From: Octopus sinensis
Lineage: Eukaryota
Direction of reading: 5' to 3'
Assembly: GCF_006345805.1 (NCBI RefSeq)
Contig: NC_043019.1
Coordinates: 744,001 to 808,000 of the forward strand
Length of the DNA: 64,000 nucleotides
The notes under the pieces were generated by a model. The model did no database searches, was not told where the DNA came from, and saw only the letters and a program-made list of their open reading frames with translations. Both the position numbers and the translations under genes were made by a program. Positions 24,123 to 36,446 of this stretch are shown here, one piece after another. Each line of letters starts with the position of its first letter. The stretch's first letter is position 1.

Positions 24123-24528
24123 AGGCGCAGGAGTGGCTGTGTGGTAAGTAGCTTGCCTACCGGCCCCATGGCTCCGGGTTCAGTCCCACTGCGTGGCACC
24201 TTGGGCAAGTGTCTTCTGCTGTAGCCTCGGGCCGACCAATGCCTTGTGAGTGGATTTGGTAGACGGAAACTGAAAGAAGCCCGACGTATATATGTATATA
24301 TATATGAACGCGTATGTGTTTGTGTGTCTGTGTTTGTCCCCCCCCCACCATTGCTTGACAACCGATGCTGGTGTGTTTACGTCCCCGTTACTTAGCGGTT
24401 CGGCAAAAGAGACCGATAGAATAAGTACTGGGCTTACAAAGAATAAGTCCAGGGGTCGAGTTGCTCGACTAAAGGTGGTGCTCCAGCATGGCCGCAGTCA
24501 ACTGACTGAAACAAGTAAAAGAGAATAT
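24123..24528 (+). mobile_element. SINE family A, full length
   Basis: aggcgcaggagtggctgtgtggtaag head, gttcagtccc B-box-like motif, gcaccttgggcaagtgtctt, internal microsatellite, tail ggtgctccagcatggccgcagtcaactgactgaaac. Confidence 0.9.
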
Positions 24529-25054
24529 GGTAATTATTTAATGTTCCATACGAACACGCGGAGAGGGCTCAGAACCTATAGCGATAACGATAATGAATAA
24601 CCATCTATATACACGTTTTTATCTTTTTGTATTTTACTTGTTTCAGTCATTGGACGGCGGCCATGTTGAGACACAAGTTTGAAGGTTTTAGTAGAAGATA
24701 GTAACACTCGTGCGAATTTTCAAAAACCTGTCGCTTACTGCCGCATCTCCTTTTTTGGTGCACCGTAAAGCTATGATGAGGCAAGCAAACAGTCCGAACA
24801 CAAACACAGAGACATACACACACACACACACACGTGTATGTGTATGTATGTATGTATTTATGTATATATGTATGTATTTATGTATGTATGTACATATATG
24901 TAAGTATTTATGTATGTATGTTTGTATTTATGTATATATATGTGTATGTATTTATGCATATTGAAATGTAAAAGCCGGACTAGACTACTTTATGCGCAAC
25001 TCCATTGTCTCCCGAGATAAAAAGGATGCCAACCAATGTGTGTATATATATATA

Positions 25055-25115
25055 TGCGCTTCGCATTGTTTTTAGCCTTCAAATGACGCCACCCCGCTGG
25101 CTAAGTGAGCAGGCC
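25055..25115 (-). mobile_element. Isolated SINE tail E fragment
   Basis: Reverse complement of ggcctgctcgctcagcc...gtggcgtcat..gaaggctaaaacaatgcgaa seen at 63240-63300. Confidence 0.7.
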
Positions 25116-25148
<33 letters not shown>

Positions 25149-25158
25149 TATATATATA

Positions 25159-25230
<72 letters not shown>

Positions 25231-25524
25231 CATACATATGTACATACGCTGGTGATTTAAACGAATGGGTGCTCTAATTATTGTAGAAGGAAGTCTTTTT
25301 CCACATATAATTTATGTACGTGTGTGCGCGCGCGTGTATGATGGGCTCTTTCCATCAAATCGACGTTGTCCGAATAGGTGCACGCGTCAGTGCATTATTC
25401 AATGCACCACCTGGTCTAGGATTTGAAATCACTATCGTTAGACCGTGAGTGTAACACGCTAACAACTAGGCTATACACACACACATACACACAACTACAT
25501 ATTTATACACACAGCTATATGTAC

Positions 25525-25601
<77 letters not shown>

Positions 25602-25725
25602 CTATGTCATTGTAAGAAAAAACTTTATAATATTCTTCAGACATATTGACTCAAATATATATTTTTTAACCTTTTAAAACAAGCCTTCTGTAGTTTTTTC
25701 ACTTTTTACTATTTTCTCTCTCTAT

Positions 25726-25907
25726 ATAATAGTTATCGCCATACTAATATGGCATTCTTATAAAAATAAGAAAAAAGCTGTCCGCTTATTAGCTCCATGA
25801 GGCCATCGCCTTAAGTTAGCTATTTGATGGCCTCATGGAGCTAATAAGCGGACAGCTTTTTTCTTATTTTTATAAGAATGCCATATTAGTATGGCGATAA
25901 CTATTAT
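25726..25907. repeat. Perfect 82-bp inverted repeat with 18-nt spacer
   Basis: 25726-25807 is the exact reverse complement of 25826-25907. Confidence 0.95.
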
Positions 25908-26219
25908 TTTCCGGGAACGCTGCCGCTGTTCTCTTTTAGAGAGACTTAGTTATTTTAATATTTCTATTATCTCTCTCTCTATATATATATATATACATAT
26001 ATTTACATACATTATCATGTTCTTATACATGTAGCACAGGTTTGCATCTATTTAATAGAAAAAATGCGATAGAATCGTATGTTTTCAAGTTTCAGTGAAA
26101 TTGTCTTGTTAACAAGAAAAGCAATTATCTTCCACCTGTATATAGGAATTAATCATTCAATGACTTTTGTGGCCACATTATCAAATTTCCTTATAAATAC
26201 CCTACACAGACAAAGTGTT

Positions 26220-26345
26220 AACTTAAACCTCAGCACTACTGAATGGAAATACTTAACTGAATTGCAAAATGTGAAAGTATTGACAACTAAAGAAACCAAT
26301 AGAGGGAATTCTGTAGAACTGATGGATACATAATACTATAAAGAT
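26220..26345 (+). pseudogene. Penelope-like RT N-terminal remnant
   Basis: NLSTTEWKYLTELQNVKVLTTKETNRGNSVELMDT*YY resembles the PLE motif NL...E..AL..L......I..ADKG...V.MD...Y. Confidence 0.5.
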
Positions 26346-26644
26346 CTAATATTTTACCCCGTGCTAAAAATCGATTAACGCTACGTGGAGTTGACAACAG
26401 AAAATAATGAGAAATCTTTTTTCCCTTACGCGCACTTACATGGTTAATGTCTGACAAACTAAGTAATCAATTATTAGGCTGTTTTGCATGAAAGGTCGCA
26501 TTTATAAATATTTGTCATTTCAGTCATTTAAAACCTCAATTATATATACCTTGCATTTAATCTTCACTCTTTTTCTTTCCCAAAAATATTGGCATAAAAA
26601 ATTCGTACCCACAGACCTTATGGAAACGATAACAAAGAAACTAT

Positions 26645-27342
26645 GTTGAGTGATTTTCTCGTATGAGTACAAACTGGATCGCTTTGCCGCAGAAGCTCGA
26701 CGGAATATCAAATGGGCCTTTGGTAGTGGTTTTGTTGGTCTCAGAACTGTTCAGACATGGTTCTAAATCTCTCGTTCAGGAGATGATAACCTTGAAAATA
26801 AACCAAGGAGTAGGCCAAAATCAGTTATTCGGCATAATGGATTAAATGCTTTGTTTGAACAAAATCCGAGAACAAAGGTTCAAAAACTTTCATTAGAACG
26901 CCAAACATCTCGCACAGCTGTTTTTGGACGCCTGTAAAAAATTGTAAAAGTCAAGGAAACGGACAGGTTTGTTCCACATCAACTGAACGAGATTAAAAAA
27001 AAAACAGGAGCCTCGAAGTGTGCTTCTTATTGCTTTCTCTAGTGGGAAAAGACAATTCTGGTTCCAATCATTACTTGTGATGAGAAATGGAAACTGTTTT
27101 ACAACAGCAGGAGAATAGGACAGTGATTAGATGCAGGAGATTCACTTAAACACTGACCAAACTTACCATTGCAACCTAAATTGTGACTGGTCATTGTATG
27201 GTGGTCTGCGAAGAAAGTTATTCATTATTCACTTTTGCAACAAGGAGAAACGGTGACAGCCACATCGTATTACCAGGAAATTGATTGCAAGCATGAGAAT
27301 TTGCACAAGAAGTAACCTAGACTAGGGAGTAAAGACGGTCCA
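26645..27342 (+). pseudogene. Mariner transposase, degraded (HTH + N-half of catalytic domain)
   Basis: YEYKLDRFAAEARRNIKWAFG...RSGDDNLENKPRS; FVPHQL (WVPHEL motif); ITCDEKW; VWWSAKKVIHYSLL..GETVTA..Y..EID; stops and frameshifts. Confidence 0.9.
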
Positions 27343-27555
27343 AAACTGAATGATGCATTTTGAATTTTGTTTTATAATCTTTTAGATGTTTCTCGAATGT
27401 AAATTTTATGCCAAAATCTATGACCCTTTATTATCCAAAATTCTCTAGAATATATATATTTTTTAGCGCACATCCATTAGTTTTCTAATAAAGTGATTGT
27501 ATATCACAGAATAGAATAACAAACATATTTTCACGAAAGATTTAGTTCGTAAATA

Positions 27556-27952
27556 TTGGGTTGTCCGGAAAGTTCGTGCCGATTTTTAAAGGAAAGAAAA
27601 AGGTCAATAAATACTTGCCACTACAGTTTTAATCAACCAAATGTGAACCATTTTCTTGCACAATCTTTCCTTTAACTTGAAAATACCCTCTTCCCAGAAC
27701 CGAGGTGCCTAGGAGGGTAAGTCGAAAGGTAAGCTACATATAACACGCTCCCATCTTGGTAAATAAAACGCTGGACAGTAAATAATGAAATTGTTCCTGT
27801 AAAAAACTCTGGGACGATCACTGATTTAATGCGCTTCATTATAGGTCTGTTTGATTAAATCTAAGTTGGATTGCTAAACAAAAAGAAGAAATATTTTAGA
27901 AACATTCTAATATGGGCTACTGATGTCGGCACGAACTTTCCGGATAACCCAA
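27556..27952. mobile_element. Mariner-derived MITE, 27-bp TIRs, TA TSD, carrying captured sequence
   Basis: TA-ttgggttgtccggaaagttcgtgccga...tcggcacgaactttccggataacccaa-TA; first ~150 bp are a mariner 3' end on the minus strand (FWEEGIFKLKER); 27735-27927 matches 29654-29850 inverted. Confidence 0.9.
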
Positions 27953-28439
27953 TATATATCTTTGTAAAGTCCATTTAAATAAATCTCTCTCCATATAAAA
28001 GGGCAATTACCTTCCTTGCTTCTAGGGTACTCAATGATTACATCTAAAATTAATTTACCTCTAATACACTTACAACATATCAGTGCTCCAAGAAATATGG
28101 AATGAAAACTTATGAGGGCATGAGTTGATGACCTTCTCACTAACTTCTAAGTCATGATTAGCTAAAGCGAAACCGGTCTATTATACAAATATATTATTTC
28201 ATAAATATATATATATTTCCACTATAAAATTTCTGCGCACTTTCCTTCTTTTATATTTTTTTACTACAATTCAACACGTGTAATTTTATTCTCGATACGT
28301 TTCACTAATTTTTGTAGTCGACAGTGACTTAAAAGTTTCGGCCTGGTTAACTTTGGTCGGACAGTCCATTGAAATGTAAGCTCGGAGAAATTTTCCCTAT
28401 ATACCAGTGCATTTACCCTATATACTGTATACAAGGGCA

Positions 28440-28487
<48 letters not shown>

Positions 28488-28694
28488 AATTACTATAACT
28501 GTGCAAGTTATATCTGCCAATAACAAAATATAAGACCAGAATATTTAGATGTCTCACTTCAGTTAACATTGGAGATTAAGGGTCAAACCTCTTCTCTACT
28601 GCAACGCGAAGTTAATTAAATTTCAATTAGCCGTGTACAGTAAGTTTATGAGCGACTGAATAGAATCTCTGTGCCAAGCAAAAAAATGTCAGTA

Positions 28695-29027
28695 TTAAAA
28701 ACCTGTTGGATCCGGCTTTGCACGTGTTTTCTTTGTTGAAGTTACGCCCACCTCCTATCCCTGAAAATTTACACGTGGTTATAGTTCATGTCCGTTAGTT
28801 GATATCAGATTTGGAATTTAATTAAAACCTTTACCGTCTCCCCGAATACAAAATTTACCTAAATCTCAAATTTCATTATCACGTTTTCGAAAAATTCCAG
28901 TCTTGTTTGAACTTCAGAGAATGTGATCTACCTATGTGCCAAAAAACATTAAAATCGACTGGATCGTGTGGGAGGAGTTAGACAGACACCATTACACAGA
29001 CGCCATTACACATTTATGTATATAGAT
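28695..29027 (-). mobile_element. Degraded Helitron-like element
   Basis: Minus-strand 5' atctatatacataaatgtgtaatggcgtctgtg resembles the other Helitron starts; 3' end decayed (ccggctttgcacgtg). Confidence 0.45.
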
Positions 29028-29653
29028 TATATACAGTAAACATTTATAACTATTCAAAAATTGTTTCAACTACAAATTTATGGTGTTTATCTGATATCTC
29101 CGTTTGTTGTTCGCTGATTTTTAATATAGTGAATGTTTAACAAATGTATGATTGACATATTGGCTTTTTGAGATTAAATAACAACCATCTCGTCATTGAA
29201 ATATTCTAAAATCGGAAACTTTTATTGTCAAGATTATTTCCTTTACTTCAAAACGCATTGTGTTAGGTTTTATATTAGCCTTAATTCATGTTTATAATTT
29301 TTCAAAAATTTAATAAATACTACAAATAAAGCGAAGTTGCTATTTTTCAAAGTGTATTTCTTTAAACATCATTATGCTTGTTTCCAAGGGAAAATAATTG
29401 AAAATGTAACCTTTGACAACATCTAAATATTTATTAAATTTATTTCAAACGAACAAGGATTGTAAAGGAAATTGAATTTTTGTTACAATTCCTTACATTT
29501 GAATAATTTCAGCTTCGATTTTTGAAGGTATTATCGGAGAATAGCGATGCTTAATTGTATATGTTAATACATTTATTAAAAATGCAAACCATTACCGCTG
29601 TTTGATAAACGCATACATAAAATAAAGATTATTGACATCAAAATTGATTGTCA

Positions 29654-29850
29654 GACATCAGTAGCCCATATTAGAATGTTTCTAAAATATTTCTTGTTTT
29701 TGTTTAGCAACCCAACTTAGATTTAATCAAACAGATCTATAATGAAGCGCATTAAATCAGTGATCGTCCCAGGGTTTTTTTACAGGAATAATTTCATTAT
29801 TTACTGTCCAGCGTTTTATTTACCAAGATGGGTGCGTGTTATATGGGGAA
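29654..29850. repeat. Segment repeated inverted inside the MITE at 27735-27927
   Basis: About 7 substitutions plus small indels in ~195 bp. Confidence 0.9.
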
Positions 29851-30348
29851 GCTTGTGTCTTCTTTCTAGCAGTTTGAATAAGAAATTAAATGGCTAGGTA
29901 TTAGTATTTTGTTCTTGCGATAGTGTTAAGTGCACAGTAAGAATTAACGGCCGTCAAAGGAGTTTCTACCTCATATCTTCACATTTTATATCAGCCAGAC
30001 TATTTCCCTGAAAACGCACTGTAACATTGTTGAAACTAAAAGTACCAGGTTACCTAAAGAATGACAATTTTGCTAATGAAATACATTAAGAGCCTGTTCC
30101 ATGAGAAGAGATTTCACACCGACGAGAAAAGTAGAATTACCTTTTCGGATTCGCTCTTCAAATTCTTCAAAATGTTTGGTTTGTTACACTAGGCTTGTTC
30201 CTTTGACAATCCTCAAAGGAAAAAGTCACAATGTGTAAAGACTTCACTCGTGGTTGGTCACTCATGCGGGTCACGACGACCCATCCATCTCTCAGGGAAG
30301 TGGACATTCGGCCATTCACGACATATATAGCAATACAACACACACGCG

Positions 30349-30420
<72 letters not shown>

Positions 30421-30422
30421 TA

Positions 30423-30999
30423 TTGATTAATTGATTCTAGTTTCAGCTTATGAGCTGTGGCCATGCTGGGGCACCGCCATTTGGTGTTGCTACTTGGTTT
30501 TACTTCATGGAGGCTTTCTAGCAACTGCTATTTGGTGTATGAGAGAGTTCGATGCAGCTGCCCTCATCTGCCCCTCCTGCCGTGAAGTTGGTTCATCTGG
30601 GACATCTGACAGGAAGAGATCCAGCTCCATTTTAAAGACATCTGTATCCACCCCATGCAGGTCTCTCAGGTTCTTCGGGAGGATATTGAAGAGCTGTGGG
30701 CCTCGGAAGCCCAGGCTATCACAGAATCTTGTCCTACATCTTGATGGTAAGTTTGGAGTCCTAGGCACCACGCAGTGGCGCCCAGTTCTGGCATTTGCGT
30801 TACTCTCGATGCCAAAGTTCAGGACACTTCCCTCCAGGATCTTCCAGATGTATATTATGGCATATCTTTCCCGCCTACGCTCCAGGGAATATAATTTTAA
30901 TCTCTTGAGTCTTTCCCAGTAGCTTACATTCTGCATAGAGGCTATCTTCTTCGTGTAGCTTCGTTGGATCGCCTCAAGTTCTGTGATCAACTTGACACT

Positions 31000-31010
<11 letters not shown>
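30423..31010 (-). mobile_element. 5'-truncated CR1/L2-group LINE inserted in (TA)n; open RT C-terminal frame 30505-31010
   Basis: [49 protein letters not shown]...RGPQLFNILPK matches the post-RT region of CR1/L2/Daphne-type LINEs; short 3' UTR ends in aatc repeats. Confidence 0.9.
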
Positions 31011-31094
<84 letters not shown>

Positions 31095-31097
<3 letters not shown>

Positions 31098-31253
31098 GCT
31101 TTTTTCCGTTTCCGTCTACAAAATCTACTCATAAGGCTTTGGTTGGCCCGAGGCTATAGTAGAAGACAGTTGCCCAACGTACCAGACAGTGGGTCTGAAC
31201 CCGAAAAGCGTGTGTGTGGGAGGCACGCTTCTAACAACACAGCTACTCCTGCA

Positions 31254-31290
<37 letters not shown>

Positions 31291-31450
31291 GCTTTTTTCC
31301 GTTTCCGTCTACAAAATCCACTCATAAGGCTTTGGTTGGCCGAGGCTATAGTAGAAGACAATTGCCCAACGTACCAGACAGTGGGTCTGAACCCGAAAAG
31401 CGTGTGTGTGGGAGGCACGCTTCTAACAACACAGCTACTCCTGCACCTAT
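31095..31450 (-). mobile_element. Tandem duplicated SINE family A heads separated by (TA)n
   Basis: 31095-31255 and 31288-31448 are near-identical, including shared private variants (aaagcgtgtgtgtgggaggcacgc). Confidence 0.85.
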
Positions 31451-31455
31451 ATATA

Positions 31456-31501
<46 letters not shown>

Positions 31502-32139
31502 ATGTCTATATTTATATACAACTATATAAGTACATACGCTGTTTTAATCTCTGTTGAGTCAAAATCTTCTGTAGACAAGTGGATTCAAATGAAGTGGTAT
31601 TTAAATTTTATGTGGGTTTTAATTCAGATCTTTTTAGGGAAAAACATTTTTTTGATTGACTTTGGGGTTATTTTATTGTTTAGAATTTACTCTTGCATAT
31701 AGAACGTTATAAGCAAGCATAAATATAGAGGTGTGACGCTTTTGGTAGGTAGGTATATTCACATTCATGTGCGGAATAATATAGAGATATAAGCAAATTT
31801 GACCACCGTGTGTGAGAATAGAACATACGCTATCCCATAATTGATTCAAAGGAATGTATAAATTCGTCGTTCATTTATTGCAATCATTAATTCGTTTTCG
31901 GTTCCCTTATTTTTCTTTTTTGTTTCCTATTTTTCTTTCTTTTTGACAGCACTTATTGTTTCCAGAACTTAAAAGTCTCTCATGTAGATGTTACTATGAA
32001 TCTTATCGGTTTATCTGCTACAGGTTTCAACATAAATGGTCGACGCCTTAATTGGTCAGTAAAGGCAAAATTTCCTTACAATTTCACTTTGTATCTCAGT
32101 AAGTCTTTTGGATAATTAACGCCGAAAAACATGATTTTG

Positions 32140-32563
32140 GGGATCTTTTCGGTTTGAACAGCAGTTTTACCTAGCGGTGTCATATGAAATTGTCACCCAT
32201 AATTATGACCCTAGTATCGAACTATTGCATTTCAATCTGTTTTAGGGTTAGGGTTAGTTAGGGTTAGGGAGGGAAGGGTATCTTTTTTCTTCAGATATGT
32301 AAATAAACCCAATCTGTTTCTTAAACGAGGGAGATATTCGTACGGTACAGAATGTTTTCACCTCAATCAACGTCATTGATGGGTTGAAATTGCAGAAATT
32401 GAAGAAAAAAAACAACCAATATCTTACAAACTATAGAATTTTCTCAATAAAGCCAAGAGAAAAAGGTGTTTTATAAACACATTCTACCAGTATACGAAGT
32501 TTTAATGTGTTTAGTTACGTGGAAATTATTTTAAAAAGCTGCCGTTCAAACCGAAAAGATCCG
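32140..32563 (-). mobile_element. MITE, second copy of the 21722 family
   Basis: Same TIRs, opposite orientation, internal (TTAGGG)n at about 32243-32270. Confidence 0.9.
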
Positions 32564-32734
32564 ATTTTTGTATTTCTTCTGGGTTTTATGGCCTCAATAC
32601 AAATAATTCTCATCTCAACTGTACATTTATCGATCCGAGATTAACAAGATAAAACAGAAGTTAAGTATTACGGTAAGGTAAGGGATTAACCCTTCTTTAA
32701 AGTTCTTGGTCCTGTGTCAAAAATTTGAAACCAT

Positions 32735-32768
32735 TATTATTATCATTATTATTATTATTTCTTTATTA

Positions 32769-32850
<82 letters not shown>

Positions 32851-32964
32851 CATTATTATTATTATTGTTATTATATTATTATTATTATTATTATTATTAT
32901 TGTTGTTGTTGTTGTTATAATTATTATCATTATTATTATTATTATTGTTGTTGTTGTTGTTGTT
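32735..32964. repeat. (ATT)n/(GTT)n microsatellite
   Basis: Directly visible; abuts the 3' end of the R4/Dong element. Confidence 0.95.
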
Positions 32965-33625
32965 GCCTTTGCACAGCTTCTGACGCTGGAGATGTACTAC
33001 AGTGTCAGCCGTTCACTACCAGTGAACTAATGTAACACCTCTTATTTTTCGAGCACCTTCCGGTGTATTCGAGTGGTCTCAAGAAATGCTGTTTTCTGCA
33101 AGTGCTTCACACTTATTGCAGTTCCTACTTGTTTCACATACTTCTCGAGATTATTGCTTGCTCAATGTTCCCAGGACTAGTATTGGTACTACTGCTACCT
33201 TTTTCATCGACCACAACTGCATAACTTCCCAAGCTAACCTGTCATATCTCTCGATATTCCTTTCTTCCTTATCGCATACCTTGTTGTCGGCTGAGCATGC
33301 TATATCTATGATCCAGCATAGTTTGTTTTCTTTCTCAACTAAGACTATGTCCAGCTTCATATTCTCCATATCATTGTCACACTGAATCATAATATCCCAT
33401 AGGATCTTTGCATTTCTATTTTCGACAATGCCTTCAGGTTTGTGGTCGTACCAATTCTTGGCTCTGTCAAGTCCTTACCTGTGGGCAAAGCATCCAATGG
33501 ACAAACCTGGCTATATTGTCGTGGCGTCTCTTATATTCTTTCTGGGTTAGTGGTGTACATTGGCTGGTAGTATGCCATACGGTTTCACCGTTTTGTCCGC
33601 ATATTCTGAACTTATCATTCTGTGA
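32965..33625 (-). mobile_element. R4/Dong-type RLE non-LTR retrotransposon 3' part
   Basis: Decayed CCHC knuckle (FRICGQNGETVWHTTSQC), KRRHDNIARFVHW, KILWDIMIQCD...KLDIVLVEKENKLCWIIDIAC..DNKV..KEE...RYDRL (PD-(D/E)xK RLE); 3' end runs into (AAC/AAT)n. Confidence 0.9.
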
Positions 33626-33638
33626 TGTGTTGTCTATA

Positions 33639-34008
33639 CCGACAACAAGGTATGCGATAAGGAAGAAATAAAAGTAGATGGATATAAGAGGTCAGATTGG
33701 GAAGTTATGCAGTTGTGGTCGATGGAAAAGGTAGCAGTAGTACCAATACTAGTCCTGGGAACAGTGAGCAAAAATCTCGAGAAGTACCTGTAACAAATAG
33801 AGGCTGCAATAAGTGTGAAGCACTACCAGTGAACTAAGGTAACACCTCTTATTTTTCGAGTACCTTACGGAGTATTCGAGTGGTCTCAAGAAATGCTCAA
33901 GAAATAGCATTTCTTGAGACCACTCGAATACTCCGGAAGGTACTCGAAAAATAAGAGGTGTTACCTTAGTTCACTGGTAGTGAACGGCTGACACTGTAGT
34001 ACATCATT
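33639..34008 (+). mobile_element. Second R4/Dong 3' fragment with internal 77-bp fold-back (33821-33897 / 33906-33982)
   Basis: Plus-strand copy of the RLE C-terminus; arms differ by 1 base; the spacer caagaaat duplicates adjacent sequence. Confidence 0.85.
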
Positions 34009-34506
34009 CTGTATTTTTCTTAGTGTTATTTTAAAAATCCTTTTATTTGCAAGACCTGAAAAATAAAAGCTCGGCCCTTTATTTAGGTTGTCATCGTTAT
34101 CGCACGGTGCCGGCCCACTCGTTTCTGCTGCGAAATAGACTTTCACGTGTAATTTTCGTACGTGTAATTTTTCGTACGTTTTGTGTAATAAGTTTAACGT
34201 TCGCACGCAGTTATCATAAATTTTCCTTCGTTTCTGGTATGCGATGTTTAACGGAGGCATTTGGCTGGTTGATATGAATCATACTTTGGAGATTATGGTT
34301 ACATGTGTTCTCAGGATGCTGGAGATTGTAATAATTTGTAATACATCATTTAAACTGCAAAATAGAAATAAGTTTTATTGAGTATTACTCGGTTAAAATC
34401 CACCATTTTGCCAATTTCTTTTATGGTTTTATTTATTGTTTTCATTTCGCCGTGTTGTTGGATAGATTTCGGAGGACGTGGTTGATGAAGAGTAGGTTCT
34501 GTGCAA

Positions 34507-34516
34507 TTTATTATTA

Positions 34517-34591
<75 letters not shown>

Positions 34592-34639
34592 TCTATTTTT
34601 ATTATTATTATTATTATTATTATAATTCTTCTTCTTCTT

Positions 34640-34670
<31 letters not shown>

Positions 34671-34704
34671 TTATTATTATTATATTATTATTATTATTAT
34701 TATT

Positions 34705-34740
<36 letters not shown>

Positions 34741-34900
34741 ATTATTACTATTATTATTATTACTATTATTGTTGTTGCTGTTGTTGTTGTTGTTGTTATT
34801 ATTATTATTATTATTATTATCATTATTATTATTTTCGTTGTTGTTGTATATGTAGTTGTGTTTGTTGTTGCTGTTGATGCTATTATTATTATTATTATTA

Positions 34901-34981
<81 letters not shown>

Positions 34982-35030
34982 CATCATCATTATTGTTATT
35001 ATTGTCATTTTATCATCACCCTGTTATTGT
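34507..35030. repeat. Compound trinucleotide microsatellite (ATT)(TCT)(GTT)(ATC)
   Basis: Directly visible; explains the poly-Y/I/V/L ORFs. Confidence 0.95.
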
Positions 35031-35714
35031 TAGAAATATGGCGAAATGTTTCTTCTTCTTCTTTTCTTTTTAGTTCACCTTTCTCTTTGATATGCTACCA
35101 TTATTCTTAATTGATTATTCAACTGCTAGAGATTTACTGTAACTTTCTGTATTTTGAATAAAATTTCAGTCAATTCCGTTCACGAAAATGCGATCAATTC
35201 AACCAGCGGAAGTGTCTCTCTGATAAACTGTGTCTATGCATTTAAATCTTGTCAAAGAATGCTTTTATAACGATAACATCGCAACTAACACACAAGTCAT
35301 CGCAGAAAACTTGTAATCCTATCAGTGAATTCTCAAATTTTAATTGGATATCTGTGTGTGTGTGTGTGTCTGATGTAGAGTAAAGATACATTATGTTACA
35401 TGTGTTTTCTTGATAAGAATATGCAGTAGATGAGCGACGATGACTTTAAACGTGAAGTTACCATACCTGGGGTTCAAGTCAAATACAGACAATTTGTTCA
35501 GCATCTAGAATGTACAGTGAATAGGGTTTTGTAATTTTAAGATTTAATTCAAATGTAATTGCTATTCGTGTTTTACTAGGAAGTACAATATTTTACTTAA
35601 AGTAACTAGATTTGCCTTCATACCAAAACAGTACACATTTTTATGCGTATCCATGTGCGACAGTCCAACGAGGTTTCTAGAGAAGGATATGTACAACATA
35701 ATAAAAATAAATAA

Positions 35715-36446
35715 ATGCGACCTTTTAAAGCCTAGCCAGGCTCATGGGCCCGGTTTCCAGGTTTCAATGACGTATGTGTTCCCCAGCTGGACGGGACGCC
35801 AGTCCATCGCAGTGTTACTAATTTTTGCCCGCTGAGTGGACTGGAGCAACGTGAAATAAGGTGTTTTGCTCAAGAACACAATGCGTCGCCCGGTCCAGGA
35901 ATCGAAACCACAATCTTACAATCATGATGCTAATACCCTAACCACTAAACCACGCACCACCACAGATGCGCCATTTTAAAGCCTAGCCAGACTCATGGGC
36001 CCGGTTTCCTGGTTTCAATGGCGTATGTGTTCCCAGTCCATCGCAGTGTTACTCATTTTTGCCAGCTGAGTGGTCTGGAGCAACGTGAAATGAAGTGTTT
36101 TGCTCAAGAACAACAACGCGTCGCCCGGTCCAGGAATCGAAACCAAAATCTTACGATCATGATGCTGACACCCTAACCACTAAACCACGCGCCACCACAA
36201 ATGCGCCCTTTGAAAGCCTAGCCAGGCTCATGGGCTCGGTTTCCCGGTCTCATTGTCGTATATGTTCCCCAGGGGGACGGGACACCAGTCCATCGCAGCG
36301 TTACTCATTTTTGCCAGCTGAGTGGACTGGAGCAATGTGAAATGAAGTATTTTGCTCAAGAACACAACGCGTCGCCCGTCCAGCAATCGAAACGACAATC
36401 TTACGATCATGATACTGACACCCTAACCACTAAGCCACGCGCCTCC
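35715..36446 (-). mobile_element. Head-to-tail trimer of SINE family D
   Basis: Units 35715-35965, 35966-36200, 36201-36446; each has A box tggcttagtgg, B box gtttcgatt, CORE-like gtgttcttgagcaaaacact and tail D. Confidence 0.92.
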
